From: Candidatus Latescibacterota bacterium
GTDB lineage: Bacteria; Latescibacterota; UBA2968; UBA8231
Direction of reading: 5' to 3'
Length of the DNA: 64,000 bases
Assembly: GCA_965217585.1 (NCBI GenBank)
Contig: OZ244561.1
Span: forward strand, 7,104,001-7,168,000
Both the position numbers and the translations under genes were made by a program. This document shows, piece by piece, positions 27,970 to 37,053 of this stretch (position 1 is its first letter; every line of letters starts with the position of its first letter). The notes beneath the pieces were generated by a model. That model made no database searches. It was not told the DNA's origin and was given only the letters and a program-made list of their open reading frames with translations.

Positions 27970-30329
27970 TGTTCTCTCTTGGCATCCATTACCTGAATGG
28001 ATGGTCCATGGCAGCGGCGGACGGGGCGCGAAAAGAGCAGGCCGAATGGCCACCGCATCCCGATCGGGTGTTCATGGCGTTGGCGGCAGCTTGGTTCGAG
28101 ACCGGCGAAGATCCCGCCGAAGGCGAGGCCCTGCGCTGGCTTGAAGCCTTGCCACCCCCTGCGATTGCCGCCTCGGATGCGGACAGTCGCGTCACTGTTG
28201 TTAGCTATGTGCCCGTCAACGACGCGAACCTTAGTAGCAAGGTGCCTACTAGCGGAGACTTGAACAAACTAAAGAATGCCGGACTGGCCCAGCTTCCAGA
28301 GCATAGATCGCGCCAACCCCGTGGTTTCCCAGTTGCCATCCCCCATGATCCGACGGTACATCTAATTTGGCCGGATGCCGAATTGGGCGTACATCGCGTC
28401 GCCTTAGAACGGCTGGCCGCCAAAGTTACTCATGTGGGTCATTCGGCCTCCTTTGTGCAAATGTGGCTGGAAGCCAAGCCGCCGCCGCCCGCGTGGATTC
28501 CGACGTTTGGCGTCGCCCGTCAGCGACTGCGCGTAGCGAGCCCTGGGCGCTTGAAGGTGTTGGAAACGCGCATGAACCGCGCCGCATGGATCGCCTACCA
28601 CGATCTTCGCAGCGAGATTGAGCAAGCTGAGGCGGACCTCAAGGCGATGAAGCAACCGCCAAGGGTGCCTTGGAAGGCATTCGCGGATGTGGTGCTACTG
28701 GCCAGTGAATCTGCGGTCAAGCAGCATCCAGATTATCCCGGTGCCAAGACGGGTGACATCGTGGTCGCGACGAAACTAGTCAACAGCTTGGTTGACGAAG
28801 CGGGGATCGCCGCGATGCGGGAACTGATCGCCGAGGTTAGTGAAAGCGGCGATCCTGTACTAGTCAGCGCACATGCCTACGAACGCCAAAGCGTCAATGC
28901 CATTCCGATTGCCTTGGCGAAGTTGCTGAGCGAGCGACTCGGGATCCAGTTCGAGACTAATATCGTGCAGACCAATGTCGTTTCCCACACGGGTGCGGAC
29001 GGTTATGGCCGCCTTGCCCGCCAAGCTCGCTTTGAAGGCGGCGTTGATAAGGGCCGCGAATACGTGATGGTTGATGATTTCGTCGGTCAGGGCGGTACGT
29101 TGGCGAATCTGCGTGGCTGGATCCAAAAACAGGGCGGCAAGGTCGTCGGTGCCGTTGTGCTGACCGGCAAGCCGTACTCCGCTAAATTAAATCCTTCACA
29201 GGAGCAACTGCATGAACTCCGACAAAAACACGGATCAGACTTCGAGAGATGGTGGAAGGAACACTTCGGACACCCCTTCTCTTGCCTCACTCAATCAGAA
29301 GCTCGGTACCTCGCCCGCTCCCCGGATGTTGACACCATCCGAAATCGTCTTGCTGCGGCAAAGCAAGAAGGAAATGGCCCAAGTTGCACACGAAGTCCTC
29401 GCGAGCAAAGACAATACATAAAGGAAATGAAAGCGCGTTTGGAAGACTGTTTCCCCGATGGGAAGAAACCCGTGAGTCTGCCTCCGGTGCCGGGCCGTTG
29501 GCAGGGATACGATAGACCCCCGAAAGACAAGGCCCCCGAAGCTCCCGGCTCGGTTTTCGACCCTCAGCTCATTGTCCTCGGCATCAAAGGCAAGCGCGTG
29601 TCCTTGCCGGCGACGCTCAAGCTCACGGCGGCCCTGCGCAGCTTATTGATGAAAGAGTGTCCCGAACAACCGCCGCCCGAGTGGTTCAGTGGACATCGCT
29701 TGGACGGTACGCCCACCGCCGAACCGCATCTGGCTTTGACTCCGCTCCCCTTCGTCGGCGCAGAACATGCAGATGGTCGCATTATGGGTTTGGCTCTGGT
29801 TCTGCCGACGGGTTTGGATCAGCAGGAGGAGGCCGGGCATTGTCTCGAACCGTTCCTGCGCGACATAGCTACCGGATTGCCGCGTGAACATCCTTTGTTC
29901 GATGGCCAGTGGTTCGAGTGCGCTATTGAACTGGAAACCCGCGAACGCCCGCCGAAAAACCTTGACCCGGATACTTGGACACGGGAATCGCGCATTTGGG
30001 CGAGTGTGACCCCGGTGGTCCTGAACCGACATTTCGATGGTAAGGACAAGTGGGAGCGGGCGGCTGAGAGCGTGAAAGATGCATGTCTGCACATTGGTCT
30101 GCCGCGCCCACGCGAGGTGTTGCTGCACCCGGTTTCGCTGGTTGAGGGCGTCCCCCATGCGAGGGAGTATCCGCAACTGATGCGTAAGAACGGTGGGCGA
30201 CGGAGCCATAATCACGCGGTGATCGTCTTTGATGAGCCGGTGCGCGGGCCGGTGCTCGTGGGGGCAGGTCGCTTCCGGGGATATGGGTTGTGCCGCCCGA
30301 TGGATGGAAAAGGTGAAGATCGTGACTGA
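27969..30329 (+). CDS. csb2: Type I-G Csb2 (Cas5/Cas6-like) with an inserted phosphoribosyltransferase domain
   Basis: 'AEWPPHPDRVFMALAAA', 'YVPVND', 'THVGHSASFV', 'FSGH', 'WASVTPVVL', 'GPVLVGAGRFRGYGLC'; insert at about aa 230-470 with 'YVMVDDFVGQGGTL'. Confidence 0.9.
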   Translation: MFSLGIHYLNGWSMAAADGARKEQAEWPPHPDRVFMALAAAWFETGEDPAEGEALRWLEALPPPAIAASDADSRVTVVSYVPVNDANLSSKVPTSGDLNKLKNAGLAQLPEHRSRQPRGFPVAIPHDPTVHLIWPDAELGVHRVALERLAAKVTHVGHSASFVQMWLEAKPPPPAWIPTFGVARQRLRVASPGRLKVLETRMNRAAWIAYHDLRSEIEQAEADLKAMKQPPRVPWKAFADVVLLASESAVKQHPDYPGAKTGDIVVATKLVNSLVDEAGIAAMRELIAEVSESGDPVLVSAHAYERQSVNAIPIALAKLLSERLGIQFETNIVQTNVVSHTGADGYGRLARQARFEGGVDKGREYVMVDDFVGQGGTLANLRGWIQKQGGKVVGAVVLTGKPYSAKLNPSQEQLHELRQKHGSDFERWWKEHFGHPFSCLTQSEARYLARSPDVDTIRNRLAAAKQEGNGPSCTRSPREQRQYIKEMKARLEDCFPDGKKPVSLPPVPGRWQGYDRPPKDKAPEAPGSVFDPQLIVLGIKGKRVSLPATLKLTAALRSLLMKECPEQPPPEWFSGHRLDGTPTAEPHLALTPLPFVGAEHADGRIMGLALVLPTGLDQQEEAGHCLEPFLRDIATGLPREHPLFDGQWFECAIELETRERPPKNLDPDTWTRESRIWASVTPVVLNRHFDGKDKWERAAESVKDACLHIGLPRPREVLLHPVSLVEGVPHAREYPQLMRKNGGRRSHNHAVIVFDEPVRGPVLVGAGRFRGYGLCRPMDGKGEDRD
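29212..29421 (+). CDS. Overlapping (+1 frame) small ORF inside csb2, 'MLTPxEI' family
   Basis: AGGAG 7 nt before the ATG; homologous to 25940-26143 with the same stop position. Confidence 0.55.
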   Translation: MNSDKNTDQTSRDGGRNTSDTPSLASLNQKLGTSPAPRMLTPSEIVLLRQSKKEMAQVAHEVLASKDNT

Positions 30330-33282
30330 GTTGAACGACGCTACGGACTTCGCTGAGTTTTTCAACGAGTTGTGGGGCCATAAGCCTTTTGCTTGGCAGC
30401 AGGAATTGGCGGATAGAGTGCTGAAGCGGGCAGAGGCTCCTTGGCCCGAAGCCATTGCCTTGCCGACAGCAGCAGGCAAGACCGCGTCCTTGGATATCGC
30501 CGTGTTCGCGTTGGCAGCCCAAGCATCTCGGTTGGCTCGGAAGCAAGCCATCACTGCACCGCGTCGCATCTTCTTCGTGGTGGACCGGCGCGTGATAGTG
30601 GACCAAGCATATGAGCGGGCACGCCTGTTAGCAGACCATCTTGAGAAAGCGCAGGACGGCGTTATCAAGCGCGTTGCGGACAACCTGCGCCAGATTGCTC
30701 ACGGCGAGGCGGACGGGTTTGAGAAGGCACGGCCGTTGGCCGCTTATGTATTGCGCGGTGGCATGTATCGGTCGGAGGCTTGGATGAATAGCCCGCTTCA
30801 ACCCATGGTGGTGGCCTCGACCGTCGATCAAATCGGCTCTCGCTTGTTATTTCGCGGCTATGGACGCGGCCATCGCACGTGGCCGATAGCTGCGGGATTG
30901 GTCGCCAACGACAGCCTAATCCTACTCGACGAGGCGCAGTGCGCCCAGCCGTTCTTACAAACCCTGCAAGCGGTGCGGCGCTATCAAAAATGGGGGCATA
31001 CGCCGCTTGAACGTCCCTTTTACCCGGTGGTGATGTCGGCGACCCCGCCGTCGGGGGTGGACCTATTCGAGGACCTATCCGCCGAAAGCCGCAATCCTGA
31101 CCATACGCTAGGTAAGCGCCAACTAGCACAAAAGCCCGCCATCCTGAAGACAGTCGGAAAAGCCAAGGGAAAGCGGGCTACGAGTGTGCTGGCTAGGGCT
31201 TTGGCCGATGCTGCATCGGAGCTGGTCAACGACGAATGCCGCGCTATCGTGGTGTTCGTCAACCGCGTTGCCACGGCGAGGGAGACTTATTGCTTGCTCC
31301 ACAGTCGGGAAGACATTGACGCTGTACTGCTAACAGGTCGGATGCGCCCCGTTGACAAAGAGGTCGTCGTACAACGCTTAAAACCCCTCCGGTCGAGCCA
31401 ATCCGCAGAACGCACTTTGGAAAAGCCGATGATCGTCGTGGCTACCCAAACTCTGGAAGTGGGGGCCGATCTCGACTTTGACGGCTTGGTGACCGAGTGC
31501 GCGAGTCTCGATGCCTTGCGCCAGCGCTTTGGTCGATTGAATCGCATGGGGCGGAAGATTGATGCGCGAGCAGAGATTCTCGTACGCGGCGACCAAACAG
31601 GCGACAAAGGGGACGACCCCGTGTACGGCGAGGCCCTTACTAAGACTTGGGCTTGGCTCAACGAGTGCCAAGACGAAAACGGCGAGGTCGATTTCGGGAT
31701 TGCCCATCTTGAAGAGAAATTGCCAAAGGGCGATTCCCTGACTGCACTCAACGCACCTTCCGTCAATGCCCCGGTGATGCTTCCTGCCCATGTTGATTGC
31801 TGGGCACAGACAGCACCGCAACCACAACCTTCTCCTGATGTGGCTCCGTTTCTGCATGGTCCTCGTGAAGGCGCGGCGGATGTGCAGGTCTGCTGGCGTG
31901 CTGATGTGGATTTGACCCGTGAAAAGGAGACGTTGGAACTTCTGTCCTTGTGCCCGCCGAGCAGCAGTGAGACGCTCCCGGTGCCGGTCGGTGTGTTCAA
32001 GCGTTGGTTAGCCGGAGAGGACGCCGCAGACGACAGTGCCGATGTAGAAGGAATCGGTGCAGAGGATGGCATTAGCGGGAACAGTTCGTCCAAGGTGGAA
32101 CGTCAGATAATCCGATGGCGAGGGGTGGCCGAAACGGAATCCGAACACATCACAGCGGACCCTAGGACGATTCGTCCCGGCGATGTTATTGTGATCCCAG
32201 CTAACCATCCGGGGCTAGCGCGTCAACTCGGAGACCTGCCGCCGGACGCCGACTTGGATGTGGGAGATCGCGCCTATCGGCTCGCCCGCGCTAAGCCCAT
32301 CCTTCGCTTGCACCCGAAGTTAGTGGACGATTGGCCGGATTCCGTTACGGCTAAAGGTCCCGCAGACGAACTGCTAAAGGATCTGGAGCAGAAGTACGAC
32401 GACGATCCGCATGAGGTCGGCAATGCCTTGAGGGAGCTTCTACAGGAACTGGCCGCCTCTGAATCGCTCCCAGAACACTGGTCTTGGTTGCCGAAAGCGG
32501 CAAAAGAATTGAGCAAGGAATACTCCGGCTCCAAGCTGGCCCGTGCCTATCGCGCTGTCGGCGGCAAAAGTATCGTCCTCGTCGGGCGGCAGCGCATACC
32601 GGAACTCACCCTCGAAGCCGACCACTTCAGCGATGAGGACGACGCTAGCGCGTCTGGGATCGGGCGTCCCGTCAAATTGTTAAGTCACCTGCCCGGCGTC
32701 GAAGCGTTTGCCCGCCGTCATGCCTCGGGCTGCGGCTTGCCAGCGGACTTGGTCGAAGTTCTCGCCTGCGCTGGCCTGTTGCATGACTTGGGCAAGGCCG
32801 ATCCTCGATTTCAGTCGTTATTGCGTGGTGGCACTCGCTGGTTGGGCGGGGAACTTCTCGCCAAGTCTGCCGAAATGCCGAGAAGTCCGGCAGCCTATGA
32901 GAAGGCTCGGACCGCTTCCGGCTATCCGAAAGGTGGGCGGCACGAACTGCTTTCGGTGCGCTTGGCAGAAAGCGCGTCGATTCTTTTGCCGGAAAGGGAC
33001 GATCTGCGAGACTTGGTTCTGCATTTGATTGCCAGCCATCACGGCCACGGTCGGCCGTTCGCGCCGGTGGTGTGTGACGAGCAGGGCGAGGATGTAGATT
33101 TCGAGTTGCGCGGCCAACGGACGCACTGGTCTGGTCCCACCGGCCTTGAGCGTCTCGACTCCGGCGTCGCGGATCGCTATTGGCGGCTGGTGCGGCGCTA
33201 TGGCTGGTGGGGTTTGGCTTGGCTGGAATCTCTGCTGCGACTTGCTGATTGGCGGCAGAGCGAACAGGAGGAGACACAATGA
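30322..33282 (+). CDS. cas3: Type I-G Cas3 (helicase with C-terminal HD nuclease)
   Basis: 'LPTAAGKT', 'VVDRRVIVDQ', 'LLDEAQ', 'MSAT', 'QRFGRLNR', then HD 'LLHDLGKAD', 'RHELLS', 'SHHGHGRP', 'LRLAD'. GTG start overlapping the csb2 stop (ATG 30304 is an alternative). Confidence 0.93.
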   Translation: MTELNDATDFAEFFNELWGHKPFAWQQELADRVLKRAEAPWPEAIALPTAAGKTASLDIAVFALAAQASRLARKQAITAPRRIFFVVDRRVIVDQAYERARLLADHLEKAQDGVIKRVADNLRQIAHGEADGFEKARPLAAYVLRGGMYRSEAWMNSPLQPMVVASTVDQIGSRLLFRGYGRGHRTWPIAAGLVANDSLILLDEAQCAQPFLQTLQAVRRYQKWGHTPLERPFYPVVMSATPPSGVDLFEDLSAESRNPDHTLGKRQLAQKPAILKTVGKAKGKRATSVLARALADAASELVNDECRAIVVFVNRVATARETYCLLHSREDIDAVLLTGRMRPVDKEVVVQRLKPLRSSQSAERTLEKPMIVVATQTLEVGADLDFDGLVTECASLDALRQRFGRLNRMGRKIDARAEILVRGDQTGDKGDDPVYGEALTKTWAWLNECQDENGEVDFGIAHLEEKLPKGDSLTALNAPSVNAPVMLPAHVDCWAQTAPQPQPSPDVAPFLHGPREGAADVQVCWRADVDLTREKETLELLSLCPPSSSETLPVPVGVFKRWLAGEDAADDSADVEGIGAEDGISGNSSSKVERQIIRWRGVAETESEHITADPRTIRPGDVIVIPANHPGLARQLGDLPPDADLDVGDRAYRLARAKPILRLHPKLVDDWPDSVTAKGPADELLKDLEQKYDDDPHEVGNALRELLQELAASESLPEHWSWLPKAAKELSKEYSGSKLARAYRAVGGKSIVLVGRQRIPELTLEADHFSDEDDASASGIGRPVKLLSHLPGVEAFARRHASGCGLPADLVEVLACAGLLHDLGKADPRFQSLLRGGTRWLGGELLAKSAEMPRSPAAYEKARTASGYPKGGRHELLSVRLAESASILLPERDDLRDLVLHLIASHHGHGRPFAPVVCDEQGEDVDFELRGQRTHWSGPTGLERLDSGVADRYWRLVRRYGWWGLAWLESLLRLADWRQSEQEETQ

Positions 33283-34208
33283 CCGCAAATGAATCAACTC
33301 CGGGGCTTTTGCTGAACGGACTTGACGGCAGCAATCCGCTCGGATTTCTCGCGGCCATTGGCACTGCGGTTGTCCTGCAAGATGTATTCCCAGAAATACG
33401 CCTTGGCTGGGAACAAATAGAGGGCGGTTGGAGGCCATCCTTGGCAGGTTGTGGCGACGATGAGCAGGAATTTGCGGAAAAACTCTCAGAAGCTCTAAAA
33501 GACGCACCCATGACTGTCTTTGATGTTGACAACAAGATGCCTTTTGACACCGAGAAATTTTCTCGCAAACTGCGAGATGTTCAGTGCTGTTCGTCTATTG
33601 CCGATCGTCGAGATGCCGATTTTCTGTCCAGCTTTGGAACCGAACTATATCCCGATGAGAAAAACGGACAGTTCCAAGATTCAAGGTTCAGGATGGTACG
33701 TAGCGGAGATAGTGCGGGACAAGGATTGCCGTTCTATGCCAAGGAAATGCGAAAAAAGGTCAGCATAGATCACATTCAACGCACTTTGTTTCACGCTTGG
33801 GATTACCAAGACACAGGGTATAGCCTGCGTTGGGACCCTATTGAAGATCAGCGGTATGCTCTGCGTTGGCGCGATCCGAGCAAGTCAAGCCAAGACACCA
33901 TGTTGGCGGCCAATAGCTTGGCGGTTGAGGCATTACAGTGGTTTCCGGTGGTAATGCCCGTTGGGAACCAAGCGCAAACTACGGGATTTCAGCGACTCAG
34001 GCGGCGCGAGACCTATTTCGTCTGGCCGATTTGGACCCCGATGGTGGGCATAGAAACTGTGCGTTCTCTGCTGGCCTTGGACGATCTTTGCAAAGAACCC
34101 GTACCCCGTTCATCCCTTGTCAAGAGAGGTATTGAGGAAGTTTATCGCAGTCAGCGCATCCAGCAAAGCCAGTACTACAGCAACTTCCTTGTTGCTGTCC
34201 CAGCGTGA
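33279..34208 (+). CDS. csb3: Type I-G short large-subunit (Csb3/Cas8u2-type)
   Basis: 'LNGLDGSNPLGFLAAIG', 'LRWDP', 'ANSLAVEAL', 'FVWPIW'; ATGA overlap with cas3; gene order csb1-csb2-cas3-csb3. Confidence 0.8.
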   Translation: MTANESTPGLLLNGLDGSNPLGFLAAIGTAVVLQDVFPEIRLGWEQIEGGWRPSLAGCGDDEQEFAEKLSEALKDAPMTVFDVDNKMPFDTEKFSRKLRDVQCCSSIADRRDADFLSSFGTELYPDEKNGQFQDSRFRMVRSGDSAGQGLPFYAKEMRKKVSIDHIQRTLFHAWDYQDTGYSLRWDPIEDQRYALRWRDPSKSSQDTMLAANSLAVEALQWFPVVMPVGNQAQTTGFQRLRRRETYFVWPIWTPMVGIETVRSLLALDDLCKEPVPRSSLVKRGIEEVYRSQRIQQSQYYSNFLVAVPA

Positions 34209-34387
34209 AACGCTTCGTGAACCAAGCCTCGGTTAGGAGCCGATGCTGATCTTCAGAGCAAGGCAATTAACTTGGGTATAGAAGTTCTCTGACAGATGAA
34301 ATTTGAAATTATTCCATAGCGTAGTAGGTTTACGGCGCATGTTGAACTCTTGTCATCGCCGTGCATTCCGATTGGATACCGCAATCT

Positions 34388-35857
34388 ATGAGCAAAGCAG
34401 TCTATTTGGCTGGTGATTTTTCTGGAATCCAGCGTTATGTGCTGGGTGTGAAGAGCGCGGGCAAAGCACAGGCGAAGCGCTTGCGAGCCCGGTCTTTCCT
34501 GCTCGAACTCTTTGAACATGCCGCACTTTGGACGGTAAAGGAACGTTTGCGTATTGCTGACGATGATGTCCTAGTCCGGGGTGGGGGTGGTTTCCTGATA
34601 AGGATTCCACCTGATACCGATCCCGTTCGCCTTGAGGAGATTCGTTCCGGCTTGCAACGCAAGCTGTGGGATGAATCCGGCGGAGAAGTCCAGTTCTCGT
34701 TGGGCTGGGCTGAGACGCCACTCGCCGCCCGCGCTCATCTGGAACTTCAGAAGCGCCGTATAGGAGCTTTCATGCTGCAAAGCAGCGGCGGTTGGAACCC
34801 GGCGGGTTGGAGCCAACCTTCACTTGACAAGCCGTGTGAAGTCTGCCGCCAATCTCCAGGACAGCAGAGCGTGCAGGATGAAGGTGAGGAAGTCCTACAT
34901 TGTAGAAGCTGTCTGGAGGCCCGCAAACTCGGTGAAAAGCTGACTCGGTGGAAATGGATGCGCCCAGGTGGCGGCTCAGTGCAAGCGCTGGGCGTTGGCT
35001 TCGAGCACGTGAACGATCAGGAGTCTGAGGCTTTTCGCGTGGGCCGCTGGATACCGCGTCATTCCGATTCCCGCGAACCGCTGACATTCCAAGAAATCGC
35101 AGAGCAAGCCCGTAGCGACCGTCGTTTGGCTGTGTTGAAAGCCGATGTGGACGACATGGGCGTCCGGGTCGGACAAATTGCCGGAGAAGACCAGTCGTAT
35201 AACCGGCTGCGGTCTTTCAGTTACAGTCTGCACGAGTTCTTCGGGCAGACAATTCAGGAATTGTTGGCAAAGTCATGGCCTTTGATCTATACGCTGTATG
35301 CCGGCGGGGACGATCTGCTGCTAGTTGGCCCTTGGGACGTTGTGCTCGACTTTGCGGGGTCTCTGGTAAGAAAGTTTGAGACGGGTCCGGCCCAAGAGTA
35401 TTCACCGCTAACCTTAAGTGCTGGAATCGCTCTAACCCCTTACCGCGTACCGATCCGTCACGCAGTCGAGCGTGCGGAGGAACTCTTGGAGTCGGCTAAG
35501 CAACGTCCGGGCAAGAATCGGTGCGCCGCCCTCGGGGCGGATTGGAGTTGGAAGCAACACGAATCTGTAGTAGGCGATGGCAAGCGGCTGGCGGACTGGG
35601 TTGGGGATGGAGTGGCTCCTCGCTCCCTACTACATCGTTTGCTGCGTCTCGCGGAGAGCAGCAAGCCTGTGCGAGTGGCTCGCTGGGCTTATCAAATCGA
35701 GCGCAACGTGCATCGACGCCACACCGACTTTCGTCGCTGGGCAAACCGTGTGATCGAATATCTAGGGCGCGACGAACAGCGCACAAACGAATTGGCGGCA
35801 AGTCTCCGCTATGCCTTGTTGGCAACACGACCGCGAAAGGAAGGACGCGATGAGTAG
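34388..35857 (+). CDS. cas10: Compact Cas10/Csm1 lacking the HD domain
   Basis: Begins at Palm1 'GDFSGIQRY...KRLRARSF'; Zn finger CEVC/CRSC; 'LKADVDDMG'; intact 'YAGGDDLLLVG'; 'LSAGI'. Confidence 0.9.
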   Translation: MSKAVYLAGDFSGIQRYVLGVKSAGKAQAKRLRARSFLLELFEHAALWTVKERLRIADDDVLVRGGGGFLIRIPPDTDPVRLEEIRSGLQRKLWDESGGEVQFSLGWAETPLAARAHLELQKRRIGAFMLQSSGGWNPAGWSQPSLDKPCEVCRQSPGQQSVQDEGEEVLHCRSCLEARKLGEKLTRWKWMRPGGGSVQALGVGFEHVNDQESEAFRVGRWIPRHSDSREPLTFQEIAEQARSDRRLAVLKADVDDMGVRVGQIAGEDQSYNRLRSFSYSLHEFFGQTIQELLAKSWPLIYTLYAGGDDLLLVGPWDVVLDFAGSLVRKFETGPAQEYSPLTLSAGIALTPYRVPIRHAVERAEELLESAKQRPGKNRCAALGADWSWKQHESVVGDGKRLADWVGDGVAPRSLLHRLLRLAESSKPVRVARWAYQIERNVHRRHTDFRRWANRVIEYLGRDEQRTNELAASLRYALLATRPRKEGRDE

Positions 35858-36380
35858 CATGGAGGATGCTATGAAAAAGGCGGGATTCAAACCGGAACGA
35901 CAACAGCGGCGAGATCTCGGCGGCGATAATCGTAACAGACCGCAAAGGGAAGCACTTCCGGAATTCCCAAGTTCGTACTTTGAAGTCGATCCACAAAGCC
36001 GAAAATACCTTCAACCTATATTCGTCGCCAAACAATCTGTCGATCGTTTGGCGAGGATATTGGGGAAGGAATCCAGACCGAAACTCACTACCGGCCAGAT
36101 GCGCCGCTTCTTCAATCACTGCCGCGAGATTGAACGTCAATTGAAAGTTGACGGCAGAAGCTGGCATCAAGTATCTGCCCGCTTCGAGGGACTCTGTTAC
36201 CAAGCTCAGTACGCAAAATCGGCGGGTAAGATACCCAAGGAATTTCAAGATTTCATCGATGACAACGTGAAACGGGTAGGCTCCGCGAAAGAGCCGGAAA
36301 GGGCCTTTCTGGACGGCTTTCTACCCCATTTCGAGGCATTGGTTGGCTTTGGGGCCGCTTATATGAGGGAGGTTTCCTGA
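35850..36380 (+). CDS. csm2: Type III-A small subunit Csm2 (Cas11)
   Basis: 'LTTGQMRRFF', 'FLDGFLPHFEALVGF'; position between cas10 and csm3. Confidence 0.85.
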   Translation: MSSMEDAMKKAGFKPERQQRRDLGGDNRNRPQREALPEFPSSYFEVDPQSRKYLQPIFVAKQSVDRLARILGKESRPKLTTGQMRRFFNHCREIERQLKVDGRSWHQVSARFEGLCYQAQYAKSAGKIPKEFQDFIDDNVKRVGSAKEPERAFLDGFLPHFEALVGFGAAYMREVS

Positions 36381-36381
36381 C

Positions 36382-37053
36382 ATGCAAAGAACCGCTATTC
36401 ACACCATTACCTTTACCGCTCGCTGCGAAAGCGGTCTTCATATTGGAGGTTCGCAAGACGAGTTGGCAATTGGTGGGTCCGACAATCCGGTGATCAAGAA
36501 TCCAGAAACTCGTCAGCCCTATATCCCCGGTTCCTCGCTGAAGGGAAAGATGCGAGGCGAATTGGAGAAGCAATTGGGCCGATTCAGCGGTCGGGATAAT
36601 GATCGTCCGTGCAGTTGTGCAAAGGATGAATGCCCCGTTTGTCGGATATTTGGAGCGCACATGAACACCAGAAGCAATCTCGGCCCTTCCCGTATCATCG
36701 TCCGCGACGGTAGGCCCCTCACGGGTGTTCGCATCGAGAACAAAACGGAAAATGTCATAAATCGCCAAACTGGCGCGGCTCAACATCCGCGCTCAAACGA
36801 GCGGGTCGTTGAGGGAACAGAGTTTGGGATGCAGATCGTTCTACAAGTCTTCGATCTTGATAGAGATTTCTCGTACACGGACACCAACGGTGGCTCGCAT
36901 CGAGGCGACGAAGCCCTCCAAGCGGTCGTCGCTGATGGCTTGAATCTGGTGCAGATGACGGGTCTGGGCGGTGGGACAAGCCGGGGTTCAGGCGCGGTGA
37001 GTTTCGACGATTTCAAATTGGACGGCAATACATGGACCCATTGGTCCGTCTGA
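36382..37053 (+). CDS. csm3: Type III-A Csm3 (Cas7)
   Basis: 'SGLHIGG', catalytic Asp in 'IGGSDNPV', 'PYIPGSSLKGKMR', 'CRIFG', 'KTENVINR', 'LGGGTSRGSG'. Confidence 0.92.
   Translation: MQRTAIHTITFTARCESGLHIGGSQDELAIGGSDNPVIKNPETRQPYIPGSSLKGKMRGELEKQLGRFSGRDNDRPCSCAKDECPVCRIFGAHMNTRSNLGPSRIIVRDGRPLTGVRIENKTENVINRQTGAAQHPRSNERVVEGTEFGMQIVLQVFDLDRDFSYTDTNGGSHRGDEALQAVVADGLNLVQMTGLGGGTSRGSGAVSFDDFKLDGNTWTHWSV

Noticed and set aside
28656-29373. Csb2 insert as an intein or mobile intron
   Set aside because: No N-terminal Cys/Ser block, C-terminal His-Asn or homing-endonuclease motif; the PRTase motif explains it.
30925-30942. Cas3 motif II reads DEAQ, not DEAH
   Set aside because: DEAQ occurs in active Cas3 proteins and the other helicase and HD motifs are intact.
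34209-34387. Possible frameshifted HD domain of cas10
   Set aside because: The gap is too short for an HD domain, has an in-frame stop at 34343 and shows no HD motif.
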